Origin: Octopus sinensis
Taxonomy: Eukaryota
Assembly: GCF_006345805.1 (NCBI RefSeq)
Contig: NC_043004.1
Location: forward strand, 86,118,001 to 86,182,000
Reading direction: 5' to 3'
DNA length: 64,000 bases
In this document: positions 36,570 through 49,368 of the stretch, piece by piece
How positions within the stretch are numbered: position 1 is the first letter of the stretch
Layout: the number at the start of each line of letters is the position of its first letter
Notes under the pieces: model-generated
What the model was told of the DNA's origin: nothing
What the model saw: only the letters and a program-made list of their open reading frames with translations
Database searches by the model: none
Translations under genes and position numbers: made by a program

Positions 36570-37410
36570 TGTGTGTGTGTGTGTGTATCTATTATATAAA
36601 ATCCGTTCTGTCTGGCTGGCTGTGTGACTTCTAGATTCTCGGGCATCCTCCAGCCGATTGCGCTCAAATTTGATGTGTAGATACCGACGGTATCAGGGCG
36701 TGTATAAATCTTTAAAAAATTACAAAACTCGCTTACAGGTGAGAATGTGATCGATAAAGCCGTGGGAACGTGCATTTGTACGCGCAAGCACATCAGCTGT
36801 TGCGATCGATACTACGCGTACGCGAGAAAAGTGCGCGTGCAGTTTGCGCAAAAAAAGTCGGCTGGCCTGGAATAATGCCACAAAATGCAGAATATTTAAG
36901 AGACCAAAAATGTTAGATGCAAAAGAGATATTTGCTTCAAACTTGGCATGATGGAAGGAAAGACTATTTGGTTTCTCAAGAAGTTTTATTGCCTTAATTT
37001 AGCTTAAATCAGTGTTTCTCAAAGGGGACGCCTATGGGACGGTCGGACAAGTTGTGTTGAGAAAATTTGGTTTAAATGTTTGACAACTCAGCACCGCCCA
37101 TTGGACGGGGGTAGTTTTGCTCGTATATATATATATATATATATATGCTTGGATTAACTATATTATATATATATATATATATATACAGCTACATATGTGT
37201 GTGTGTGGATGTGTCCGTGTTTGTTGCTCTTCACCACTTGACAAACCTTGCGGTTCGGCAAGAAATGAAATATTTACTAGACTCAAAATAAATAAATAAA
37301 TAAATAAATACTGAAGTACGAAATTTGATCTGTTCGACCAGCAGAGAACTCCGCAATGTGGTGCTCCATCATGGCCACACGCCGACCAATACCTCAAAAA
37401 GATAGAAAGA
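36312..37410 (+). mobile_element. old SINE family A split by a Helitron insertion
   Basis: Degenerate head at 36312-36480 and degenerate tail at 37190-37410; the Helitron lies in the internal microsatellite. Confidence 0.6.
36588..37123 (+). mobile_element. non-autonomous Helitron
   Basis: A|TCTATTATATAAAATCCG start; 3' hairpin CCGCCCattGGACGG (37094-37108) 11 nt before CTCG|T (CTAG with one change); inserted at A|T with no TSD. Confidence 0.7.
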
Positions 37411-37731
37411 AAAAATGCACAAAATATATAGTGTAACTTTATAATACGTTAGGGAGTGTTACGGAAGGGATTTAAGCTGCTATTACTTGCTGGTCAATAG
37501 AATGACCGCATAGACCCTTCTTGTATTAAATGAGTGAAATCGGAAGGGGTTGGATATAAGAGATTGTAATTAAAAAGAAAGAGATAAGGAAAGGAAGAAT
37601 GAAAGAAGGGAAGATAAAAATTTAGGTAATCATTGGAACCAAGAGAGAACTAAAAGAACATACAAACACATACACATAAATAAAGAAAAAATGTACACAG
37701 ATCTTTATATTTATACACGTACACACACAGT

Positions 37732-37773
<42 letters not shown>

Positions 37774-37994
37774 GATTGTATATGAAGTCGGTCGTTGAAC
37801 GTGTTATCTACATTAATGTTTCCAGAAGGTGTGATCACTATTACTTGGAATGTATATACATATGTATGTATGTACGTATTTATGTATGTATGTATTTATG
37901 TACGTATGTATTTATGTATGTATGTATGGATGGATGTGTGTGTATGTGTGTGTATGTATGCATGTACGTATGTGTGTGTGCATATGTATGTATC

Positions 37995-38065
<71 letters not shown>

Positions 38066-38210
38066 CTATGGAGAGACAGATATAGAACAAACGGATAGAA
38101 CTATATATATATGTGTGTGTTTGTGTGTGTGTGAGAGACACATATTACAAAATCGATACATCCATTTCAAAACGCATTTGCTTCACATTAATGGTTCTGG
38201 AAGGTGTGAT

Positions 38211-38310
38211 NNNNNNNNNNNNNNNNNNNNNNNNNNNNNNNNNNNNNNNNNNNNNNNNNNNNNNNNNNNNNNNNNNNNNNNNNNNNNNNNNNNNNNNNNN
38301 NNNNNNNNNN
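38211..38310. other. assembly gap (100 N)
   Basis: Run of N; contiguity across it is not established. Confidence 1.
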
Positions 38311-38596
38311 ATATATATATATACAACACAACGCACACACACACACACACAGATATATATATATACACATACACACACATATATATACACAGACACACAT
38401 TTAAATATACACACACATATATATACATACACATATATGTATATATACACACACACATATATACACACATATACACTCACACACATATAAAAACAGGAAC
38501 GTACGCGTACACACTCTGTCCCTTTCTCGTTGTTTCAGATTAAAACCTCTATTCACATCTGATGTATAAATCATCAACATCATCAGCATCATCATC

Positions 38597-38630
<34 letters not shown>

Positions 38631-39010
38631 ACAACATCACTCTTATTACCAATAGGCCTTAGTAATGTATGTTGTTTTAGACTCGGCTTAACCTTCATTG
38701 AACTACCTTACTTAACTTAATTCCAGAGATATTTGTCTCCCGTTTCTTGAAGCTAAAACCATCATCAAGGTGCGTTCTGTAGTTGCTAATGCAGTAGTGA
38801 TTCTGCTTCTGCTTCTTCTTCTTCTTCTTCTTCTTCTTCTTCTTCTTCTTCTTCTTCTTCTTCTCTTCTTCTTCTTCTCCTCCTCCTCCTCCTCCTCCTC
38901 CTCCTCCTTCTTTCCGGGAAATCTTAAAGCGCCCATCTCGGATAAAATACAAAATACCGCTATTATACAAACATAGCAGATATCATTTGAATTGGAATCA
39001 AGTCCAAGAC

Positions 39011-39183
39011 ACAGGCGTGGCTACGTGGTAAAACGTTTGGTACCCAACCACATAGTTCCAGGTTCAGTTCCACAACGAGGCTCTTCAAGCAAGCGCCTTC
39101 TACTTTAGCCTCGGGCCGACCAAAGCCTTGTGAGTGGATCTTGTTGACGGAAACTGAAAGAATCCAGTCTTCTATATCTATTA

Positions 39184-39239
<56 letters not shown>

Positions 39240-39427
39240 CTTTGTTGGTGTTGGTGTGTTTACGTCCCAGTATTTTAGCGTTTTGGCGAAAGAGTCCGAT
39301 AGAATAAGCACCAGGTTCGAAACAAAATAATGGGTTCTGGGGTTGGTTCATTCGACTTAAAATTCTTTGAGGCGATGCTCCAGCATGGCTGCAGCCTAAT
39401 AACTGTAGCAGCTAAAGACAAAAGATA
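39011..39427 (+). mobile_element. SINE family A, diverged full length
   Basis: ggcgtggctacgtggtaa...gcctcgggccgaccaaagcc...ctccagcatggctgcag. Confidence 0.85.
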
Positions 39428-39599
39428 TCTAGGATGCCTTTGATGAGTATAAAATCGCGGCCCTAATACTTAATTGACAAGGTATTTCATAAACCCAAGT
39501 ATCGATAAAAAGCTAAGCTGAATTAGTCAAGATTTGAACTCATAACATAGACATTACAAACATTTTCTGACGAGCTCTAAAGATTCACTCAATATACGC

Positions 39600-40190
39600 A
39601 ATATATTTATTGCCCACAAGGGGCTAAACACAGACGGGACAAACAACGACAGACAAACGGATTAAGTCGATTACATCAACCACAGTGCGTAATGAAACTT
39701 ATTTAATCGACCCCGAAAGGATGAAAAGCAAAGTCGATCTCGGCAGAATTTGAACTCAGAACGTAACGGCAGACGAAATACCTATTTCTTTACTACCCAC
39801 AAGGGACTAAATACAGAGAGGACAAACAAGGACAGACAAACGGATTAAGTCGATTACATCGACCCCAGTGCGTAATGGTACTTATTTAATCGACCCCGAA
39901 AAAATGAAAGGCAAAGTCGATCTCGGCGGAATTTGAACTCAGAACGTTGCGGCAGACGAAATACCTATTTCTTTACTACCGACATGGGGCTAAACACAGA
40001 AAGGACAAACAAGGACAGACAAACGGATTAGGTCGATTACATCGACCCCAGTGCGTAACTGGTAGTTAATTTATCGACCCCGAAAGGATGAAAGGCAAAG
40101 TCGTCCTCGGCGGAATTTGAACTCAGAACGTAGCGGCAGACGAAATACTGCTAAGCATTTCGCCCGGCGCGCTAACGTTTCTGCCAGCTC
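39600..40190 (-). mobile_element. SINE family B head plus ~3 tandem 184-bp units
   Basis: GAAATAC recurs at ~39775, 39958 and 40142 (periods 183-184). Confidence 0.92.
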
Positions 40191-40191
40191 A

Positions 40192-40288
40192 GGCGCAGGA
40201 GTGGCTGTGTGGTAAGAAGCTTGCTTCCCAACCACATGCTTCCGGGTTCGGTGACTACTGAGTGACACCTGGGACAAGTGTCTTCTAC
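40192..40288 (+). mobile_element. SINE family A head, back-to-back with the B array
   Basis: ggcgcaggagtggctgtgtggtaagaagcttgc... starts 1 nt after the minus-strand B head. Confidence 0.85.
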
Positions 40289-41679
40289 GAGGGTAATCCC
40301 CAAAATAAGGTCTCCAAAGTACTAGGGACGCAGGGAAACTGTGCGTGCGGCTATTCGCCACACTTTTGTGTTTGTTGTGCATGCGCCTGCCCCTGTGTGC
40401 GCCTCGCTGCCACGCTCAGTCTTGGCTTGACACTCGTATCTGATGGAGCTCCCGATTGGTGCTACTTATTTGGCATCGCTGATTCGACGCTGTCTTATTT
40501 GACATCAGACGTTCTGATGTTTCTCTCACTCTTTCTCTCCCACCCCTACCCATCTCTTTTTTTCTATATGTATGTGCGGACATATTTCTTTGTGCATATG
40601 AAGGCTCGACAAGTGTTATTAAATAATGTTTTCTCTCTCTCTCCCTCTCTCTCCCTCTCTCTCTCTCCCTCTCTCACTTTCCCTTATTGTATGTATATAT
40701 TACTGCACGTACATTTGAGCGTGTATGTGTGTATGTCTGTATGTACGTGTGTGTGTATGTGTGTGCGTGCGTACGTATGTGTGTGCATGTACGTACGTAT
40801 TTACGTGTGTACCTCCAACGCCGAAAGTACTGATACCATAACAGGCCAAAATGTCCACTCAGCCGAGCCAATTGGCCAGCGCCCGAAAAGCAGCGCCCAA
40901 TCATCTCATTCTAAAACACGGGAAGACTAAAGGCAAATTTAACCTCGTTGGAATTTGAACTCAGTACGTAAAAACAGAAAAGCCCTTCACGAAATACCGC
41001 AGGCATTGTGTCAGAAGTTCAAACGATTCATCTACATCACGGCTTTTCGCATGAGAGTCGTTCAGCTTATTTAGCAAATGCCCTTTCTACAAAACATATA
41101 TGCATAAACTTACCGTCCTAACGTCTCTGAAACCAAAATGTTAATTTATCTGCCCGCGATAAATCAACATAGCAAAACCATTCTCCGCCATTTTTTTTTC
41201 GTCGTCGTCGTCGTCGTTGTTGGGCAGCGGCGGTGGCGCTGCTGGTGACGGTGTTAGTGGTGGTGGTGGTTGTGTCCATGTTAAAGAACTGGGCGTAGAT
41301 ATTTGATGTATACTGTAACCTCCCATTCCTGGGTTCGTATCATGTTGTGGTCAACAGAGTCTTTCATTATTGATGACTGAAGTTGTTAACGTATGCAATT
41401 GCCTATGACAACAAAACTCCCTCTTACAGCAAACATTTTGAGAAGAGTAACCCCCCTCACCGCCGCTGCCACCGCCGCCGCCAAAAAGTAAAGGACAATC
41501 GAAGAAAGGGAAAACGAGATATATGATTATTGTTGGCTTTGCAAATTTATCAATCAAATCTCCTGGCACCGTCTTAATCCTTTAATCATTCTTAATCTAC
41601 CATGTACATCAATGGTAATACCACGTTTTATCATTGTTTGCAAAAATCGTTGGCTAAATTTATGCTACCAAGTACACAA

Positions 41680-42144
41680 ACTCACACAGACATGCATACA
41701 CGCACACATATGCACACGTGCAAACATGCATACATATGTACACACATTCACACATTCATACTCATTCACAACACGAATTCACACACACGTACATTTTCGT
41801 ACACACGCATATACATTCACTCACACATACATTAGACACAAACACCCACAGGCGTACACAGGCGTACACTAGCCTACGATGCACATTCTTGTATATGCAT
41901 GTGTACATACATATATACGTGTGTAGATACGCATACACTCACACACACACACTCACACATATATACAATCATGCATATACATATATATATATATACATAC
42001 ATTCATGCATACACACATACATACAAAGGTACATATATACATGCATACAAACATATACGCATACAAATACATATACACATGCCTACAAACACATATATAT
42101 GTATACATACATGCATGCAAATACATACACACATGCATACATAA

Positions 42145-42212
<68 letters not shown>

Positions 42213-42315
42213 CTGTGCATGTATGCGTGTATGTATGTATGTAATATATATGTATGTCTGAATGTATTTTTGTATATGTATATGCGTATGTGTTGTATAT
42301 GCATACGTATGTATG

Positions 42316-42362
<47 letters not shown>

Positions 42363-42750
42363 CGTATGCATATACACACATACGCATATACTATACACAT
42401 ATACAAAAATACATTCAGACATACATATATATTACATACATACATACACGCATACATGCATACAAACATACATACATACATACATATTTACATACATACA
42501 CACAAGCATACGTATATACACGCAATCATACATACATACATACATACATACATACATACATACATACATACATACGTACATACGTACATACCTACATACA
42601 TACATACATACATACATACATACATACATACATACGTACACACGTACATACATACATACATACATACATACGTACATACATACATACATACATACATACA
42701 TACATACATACATACATACGTACACACGTACATACGTACATACATACACA
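41680..42750. repeat. (CA/TA/TG)n and (TACA)n microsatellite complex
   Basis: Source of the spurious 405-aa HT/YI ORF. Confidence 0.95.
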
Positions 42751-42944
42751 TGCACATTCGTGGTAGGTGTGGGGAATATGCGTCTGCGATTATAAAGAGA
42801 AAGACATGCACGAGTCAAAAACGATTGTTTTTTTTTACGTCCAAATTATGGGTCTGGAATCGTCTGTTCGTAATCTTCCTTGATATCGGCAACAGAAGCA
42901 GTTGCATTCGACATGGCGCTTGCTGCGAGGACTAAACATAATAA

Positions 42945-44815
42945 TGGTGGTGGTGGTGGTGGTGGTGGTGGTGGTGGTTGGTTTCGCTGGTGGTGGTAAC
43001 TAGTTAATAGAGAGTTCAGAGTGATGATGGTAAAGACGGTTCGCAATGACAGAAATATGTTGGCCACATACAGTTTCCTCCTAATGAAGTTTTAAGCCAG
43101 GGATTAAGCGAGTAAACACAGATCGAGGCAGAAACGTTGTCTGGTGGTCACAGTGGTTTTGGTAGTGGTTTTGGTGGTGGTGGTGGTGGTGTGGTGGTGG
43201 TGGTGGTATGTGGTGGTGGTGGTGATGATGGTGGTGGCGGTGATGGTGGTGGTATGTGGTGGTGGTGGTGGTGGTGGTGGTGGTGGCACTGGTTTTGGTC
43301 ATAGCATTGGTGATGGTTATGGTGTTGGCTATGATTATGATGCTGATGGTGAGGTTGATGGTGATAGTAGTGGTGATCGAAGTTGAGCCATGGTGGCGCT
43401 GGTGGCGGTAATGGTTGTGGTGGCGGTGGATTGTGATGGTGATCGTAGCAGTAGTGGTTATGGCGGCGGCGGCGGCTGGCGGTGGTGGTGGAGGGTATAA
43501 TACTGGATGGTTCTGGCAGGAGCGACAGCGTTGGTGATGGTGGCAGTAATGTGGATCCTCTCGGCGGCGGTGGCGGTGGTGATGGTGGTAGTCGTGGATC
43601 ATGGACGTGGTGGTGGTGATGGTGATAACTATGGTGACGGTGACAATGGTATGGATTACAGTAGTAGTAATATCAGTAATGGTAGTGGTGGTGGTGTGTG
43701 GTGGTATGGTGGTGGTGGTGGTGGTGTGGTGGTGGTAGTGGTGGTGGTATAGGAAGTGGTTAGTTAGTGATGGTGGAAACGGTACGGATTGTATGATGGG
43801 TATGGTATTGGTGTTGGTAGTGGCCGGGAGACGGCAGCAATGAGGATTGTGGTGTGTGGTAGTGGTGTGTGGTGGTGGTGGTAGTTGGTGGTGGTATGTG
43901 GTGGTATAGGAATGGGTTGTTAGTGATGGTGGACGGTACGGATTGTATGATGGTGGTATGGTATTGGTGTGGTAGTGGCCGTGGGACGGCAGCAATGAGG
44001 ATTGTGGTGGTGGTGGTAGGGGTGGTGGTGGTGGTGGTAGTGGTGGTGGTAGTGTGGTGGTATAGGAAGTTAGTTAGTTAGTGATGGTGGAAACGGTACG
44101 GATTGTGATGATGGTGGTAGGTATTGGTGTTGGTATGGCCGTGGAGACGGCAGCATGAGGATTGTGGTGGTGGTGGTAGTGGTGGTGGTGGTGGTGGTAG
44201 TGGTGGTGGTAGTGGTGGTGGTATAGGAAGTGGGTTAGTTAGTGATGGTGGAAACGGTACGGATTGTAATGATGGTGGTATGGTATTGGTGTTGGTAGTG
44301 GCCGTGGAGACGGCAGCAATGAGGATTGTGGTGGTGGTGGTAGTGGTGGTGGTGGTGGTGGTGGTAGTGGTGGTGGTAGTGGTGGTGGTATAGGAAGTGG
44401 GTTAGTTAGTGATGGTGGAAACGGTACGGATTGTAATGATGGTGGTATGGTATTGGTGTTGGTAGTGGCCGTGGAGACGGCAGCAATGAGGATTGTGGTG
44501 GTGGTGGTAGTGGTGGTGGTGGTGGTGGTAGTGGTGGTGGTAGTGGTGGTGGTGGTGGTGGTGGTAGTGGTGGTGGTGGTGGTGGTGGTCGTCGTCGTCG
44601 TCGTTGTCGTCGTGACGCTACTCCCGGTAATGGTGAGAATTATGGCGGTGATGATGATGATAATGGTTGCACGGACATGAACGACAATGGTGGAGGAGAC
44701 AATGGCAGTGATGATGATGATGATGATGATGATGCTAATCCTTCCATTTGTAAAATACGAAAACTACTGGATAATCGGTTGCTAAGAGTGACGTTTGATT
44801 TCTTTGGATATGGTT

Positions 44816-44886
<71 letters not shown>

Positions 44887-45085
44887 TTTGGTGGTGGTGG
44901 TGATGGTGATAGTGGTATTGGTACTACTAGTAGTAGTAGTTGATGGTGACTGTAGTAGTACTAGCAGTAGTAGTAGTAGTAGTGATAGTGGCGTTGGTGG
45001 TGGTGGTGGTGGTGGTGGTGGTGGTGGTGGTGGTGGTGATGGTGTTGGTGCTGGTGGTGGTGTTGGTGTGGTGGTGGCTGAGGAA
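42945..45085. repeat. (GGT/GAT/AGT)n cryptic trinucleotide tract
   Basis: G-rich triplet runs with frame-breaking indels. Confidence 0.93.
43745..44500. repeat. ~160-bp higher-order repeat (5 units) inside the GGT tract
   Basis: TATAGGAA anchor at 43748, 43905, 44061, 44222 and 44389. Confidence 0.9.
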
Positions 45086-45439
45086 GTAGCTGTGACGGTC
45101 GCACCAGTGATGGCACTGATATCCAAGATAAGACTGTCTAACGTGGGTTGTGCGCGATGGGCAAGGGTGGAGTGGGGCATTGGTTAACGGAGTGAAGAAG
45201 AGTTTTGTGGTAAAACTGAAAGATGTCATGTCTCGTTATAATTTTATTTTATTTTATTATATTCCGTTTGATATATTTTGTTTATTTGGTAATGATGGGG
45301 CGGGGATGGGAGAGAGGCGTGAAGGAGGATGACAACGATAACAGTAACACAAACATCACAGAGAAAAAAAAACAACTAAAAAAAAACAACTAAACATACA
45401 AAAATGCCCGACTCTGTTCAAAACCACATGGAATTATTA

Positions 45440-46215
45440 TCGTTATGACGTCATTTAACACCGATCATTATGACGTCATGAACATCGACAAATATGACGT
45501 TATAAACTCTGGCTACTATGACGTCGTTAACCCCAGCATCTATGACGTCGGTAATACTGTCTACTATGACGTTATTTAATATTGACTATTATGACGTCAT
45601 GAACACTCACCCACCCCCTCCATAGCGTCATTAATACTGTTATTTGACCCCTATGACTTCATTAACGTTGGTCACTACGACGTCATAAAAAGTAACCATT
45701 GTGACTTTGTTAAAACTGATCAATATGATCTCATTAACACAGGCCACTATGACGTCATTTAACTGATCACTACGACATCATTAACGCTGACCACTATGAC
45801 GTCATTAAGATTGATCACTATATCATTTAACATCGATCAATATAACGTCACTAACACTGATGACTATGACGTCATGAATACTGATCAGCTCAGCGCCATT
45901 TAACATTGGCCACTCTGACGTCATTTATTAACTAATATGACGTCATTTAACACTGATCACAATGACGTCATTTATGCTAACCACTGTAACATCTCAGGCT
46001 CCGAAACTTAGATACGTTTCTTGGTTTACGGTTTATGAGATTCCGGCAGAACGGAGCAATAGGGCTTTCGTTATTTACTGGTGAAAAATTATTTGTTAGA
46101 CGAAAAAAAAATAACAGTACCATCTGACGTCATTTAATATTAACTATTATGGCATCATTTAACACTAATCACTATGACGACATTTAAGATTTGTTACTAT
46201 GACGTTACTTACGCT
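45440..46215. repeat. 24-25 bp minisatellite with a CRE-palindrome core (~27 units)
   Basis: Consensus ~CACTATGACGTCATT(T)AACACTGAT; perfect TGACGTCA at 45446, 45471, 45592, 45750, 45797, 45867, 45916, 45938, 45963 and 46125. Confidence 0.95.
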
Positions 46216-46319
46216 GACCGCAGTAACATTTGTTGCTTTATAGACAGGCTGAATATAGTAACCTTAACATTCCTCTCCAAGGACAGACCTCAACAACGTG
46301 TGTGTGTGTGTGTGTGTGT

Positions 46320-46361
<42 letters not shown>

Positions 46362-46389
46362 CATGTGTGTGTGTGTTGAAGACTAGCTG

Positions 46390-46620
46390 TTGTCCATGTA
46401 GCAAGTTTCTCTTGTCTACGACACCCGTTTTGTCTAAGGGGGAGGTGAAGCCAAATCGATTCATTTCGCTGTCGTCGCCAGCGTTTCCGTCAGAACGCAG
46501 AGTACTGGAACAGCCCCTGCAAGGCATCCAGTCTGACCTTCCAGTAATTCCTCTATTCCCCAAACCCCCACCTACGAATGGACCGGACGAAAAGCAATAT
46601 TGACCACGGCAGGATTTAAA
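46390..46620 (-). mobile_element. possible RTE-type LINE 5' UTR-like fragment
   Basis: GC-richer segment next to the RTE remnant; cccccttagaca...gtcg..gacaagag...catgg resembles RTE leader sequences as I recall them; unverified. Confidence 0.3.
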
Positions 46621-46694
46621 TTAAAGTCCCAAAGAATTGCAACACATTCTGGTTTGCCACTATAATGACTCCGCCAGGTCGCTCCCTTTAATGT

Positions 46695-46870
46695 CAGACA
46701 TCATCAGCCAGAAGCCCTCAGCCCGTGTGTCCAGGGTCGGCCTGCTAAAACTCTCCAGTTCCTTCTGTGTTCTAATCTATTCATACAATCAGCCAGGCCC
46801 TTGTTTCCAGTCCATTCTTTGATATCGTCAATCTAGAACACCTCGAACAGCCTCTTGCTCTCTTCCTCTC
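46695..46870 (-). mobile_element. RTE-clade LINE C-terminal fragment, decayed
   Basis: Minus strand reads RKRARG.SR..(fs)LDDIKEWTG.....NR.EHRRNWR, matching the RTE end motif G.R.RGRP..RW.D.IK.WT....R..WR; short (TGA)n tail. Confidence 0.65.
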
Positions 46871-47322
46871 ACACATACATAAATAGAAACCTCAGTGATT
46901 TGATGATGTGTTAGTGGTCGATCACAGACCAATACGTACTCATCAAATATGGAACTCCTGACTAATGGAAAACGATTAAGTACTCTACTGTAGTTACTCT
47001 CTAAACACGATTACAAGTGACCGAAATCTTTAACTATTAATCCTTTGCTGGTCTTATGTATCAGATGTGATACACAGGACATGCATCATATACGATGCAC
47101 ATTTCAATTTTTTTTCAACCACCAGAGTGACTTCGTTCTTAAGAAAGGAAAGCTTTATATTACCCAGAACATAAGAAATAAGGGTTTACTAAGTCTGAAA
47201 TCAAGCATGGATATTTAGGACATCCACCTATCTCCGCTATTTCTTTGGATGGTCGTAGGGGTAGGTCTCTCAAGCACTTCTTTAATAGGATCCTATCAGA
47301 AGCAACTCTTATTAAACTTTAT

Positions 47323-47934
47323 TGCAGGATTCCCAAGCACGACGAATTGAGACTATCCAATCATCTGATATTATCCAATCATTTCTGTGTTAGTCAACCC
47401 CTATGTCTCCTACCGGTTGGCTCAGCATGAAGAATCTATCTTGCTATTTTTTACATTCTAAGCACATCTCCGTAACTTCTCAATGCGGAGACGTAGCGAC
47501 TCGTCTTGGAGAGACATCCTGAATCTGAGGTTTCAAAATTATGAAAAAGCTTTGGACAGACAATGGTTAAAATGGTTTAATCATTTTTCTGAAACAATAA
47601 ATTAAAACCTGAACTGTCATACTGCAGGATTCCTAGGTATGACCAATTGAGACTGTGGATATTATCCAATCATCTCTGTGTTAGTCAACACCTATGTCTC
47701 CTACCTATTGGCCCAGCATTGCAAGAATCTACCTTGCAATTTTGCGACATCCAAAGCACATGTCCGTATTACTGGGCAGTAACTTCTCAAAGCGGGGACG
47801 TAGTGATTCGTCTTGGAGTCGCTACTTCTTGATGTCTGTGTTTCAAAATTATGGAAAAGCGTTGGACAGACAAGGGTTAAAATAGTTTGATCTCCTTTTC
47901 TGAAACAATAAACTAAAACCTGAACTGTCATACT
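47323..47934. repeat. diverged ~300-bp tandem pair
   Basis: tgcaggattcc at 47323 and 47623; both copies end aaaacctgaactgtcatact; many substitutions and indels. Confidence 0.9.
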
Positions 47935-48312
47935 AAAACTCTTAAACATTGTTATTAAATAAATACATGAATAAAATGTAAGCGTATAACTGCGCATGAA
48001 TTCTTGGTCGATTGTCATAAAATCAACGGACGCAATTTATTGGTAACATTCGAAAATTAAATTCAGTTTTATTATTCCCGTTAAACTAATATTTATATTT
48101 TCATATTTCACACTTCTACTCCGTCGGAAAGGTGACTGCGTAGTTTTTTTTTTTTTTTTGTGTGACAAAGTAATAATAAAAATGATGATGATGATGATGA
48201 TGGGGAGGAGGAGGATGTTTTTTTTTCTATTTGCCTCAAGGGCGAAGGATGAGGAGGACGATGCAAAGACAGACATCAGGTGCTGAAGTTTGCATATAAT
48301 GAAATGAGATGA

Positions 48313-48345
<33 letters not shown>

Positions 48346-48417
48346 GTGTGTGTGTGTGTGTGTGTGGTGTGTGTGTGTATGTATATATGTATGTATATGT
48401 ATGTATAGAAAGTATAC

Positions 48418-48458
<41 letters not shown>

Positions 48459-49368
48459 AAAATAAAATGAAATAAAGTAAAAGCAGGGATGATGATAGTG
48501 ACGTGGTCCTACCGACACAAAAGGACTTCTAGGGTTAATCGAGGAACCCCACTGACCAAGATTTCCCTGTACATCAAGGGTAGGTGCCGTCCCCAATTTC
48601 TGTTTTCCGATTCACAGGTTTATACTTAGAGCGGTATCACCTACTCTTGGTATTTTCGTAACTTTCACCTACCTTTCAATAAATATCCCTCTCCACGTTC
48701 ACTTTCCTTTTTAATTGAAACTTGAAAAAAATCGATGAGGGCTCAACCAAAGGGTAAAGTCTCTGTCCTATTGCCTTTCAACCTCATCCACAAGACAACG
48801 TCTTTCGTCCCCGCCACTTGGAAAGGAAAACAGCCATACCTGTCCGAGGAAAGAAAATCGGTGATGAGCGGGAGGTAATCTTCACTATGGACTCGGCTGA
48901 CAGATGGATCCCTCCCACAAACGACAGCAGCTGAGCTGCTCGGCATAACCCCATAAGTCAGTAATGCCTGGGCATTGGACGAGTACGTGCAGAACGGTTT
49001 CGTCGCTCTGCGCACCCCTCGGATAAATGAAAAATGGAACCATAAGGGTGTTGCAAAACCACAACTTAATTTTACCCTTTGCCTACCAGGACATTTTCAT
49101 GAATTTGTCCTAAACGTCTATGTTCATTTTCAAACTTTTAGTTAAACCTTGTTTCATGCGTTCTGGTTAGTATAAATCTTTTCTTTCACAAGTCCCTACT
49201 TTTTCTGGTTGTTTCAAAAATTTAGGAATGTATATGATATATGATGCAAAATTAACAATTCCTATCAACTTGAAAACACAAATACTTATTTCAGTCACGT
49301 GATGTTCGCCAGGAGCTAGTTAATACAAGGGAGATAATCATTTCTTTGTAATATTTTGCAGGATTTTA

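Noticed and set aside
41718-42935. 405-aa ORF and the many other HT/YI/CV-rich ORFs
   Set aside because: They are translations of (CA/TA/TACA)n microsatellites, open on both strands, with no domain content.
42846-42935. Short minus-strand ORF MSNATASVADIKEDYEQTIPDP after an AG
   Set aside because: 22 codons, no donor site and no recognisable homology.
43078-43145. CTAATGAAG...GAAACGTTGT resembling the 24.8-kb ribozyme
   Set aside because: The core is mutated and neither stem I nor stem II can be formed.
43081-45229. Gly/His/Thr/Val-rich ORFs as a cephalopod structural protein
   Set aside because: They derive from (GGT)n; the Gly frame is repeatedly broken, including at the same point in each 160-bp unit, and no signal peptide or splice structure is evident.
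45440-46215. CRISPR-like repeat-spacer array
   Set aside because: The linkers are degenerate copies of each other rather than unique spacers, the period is only 24-25 bp, there are no cas genes and the context is eukaryotic.
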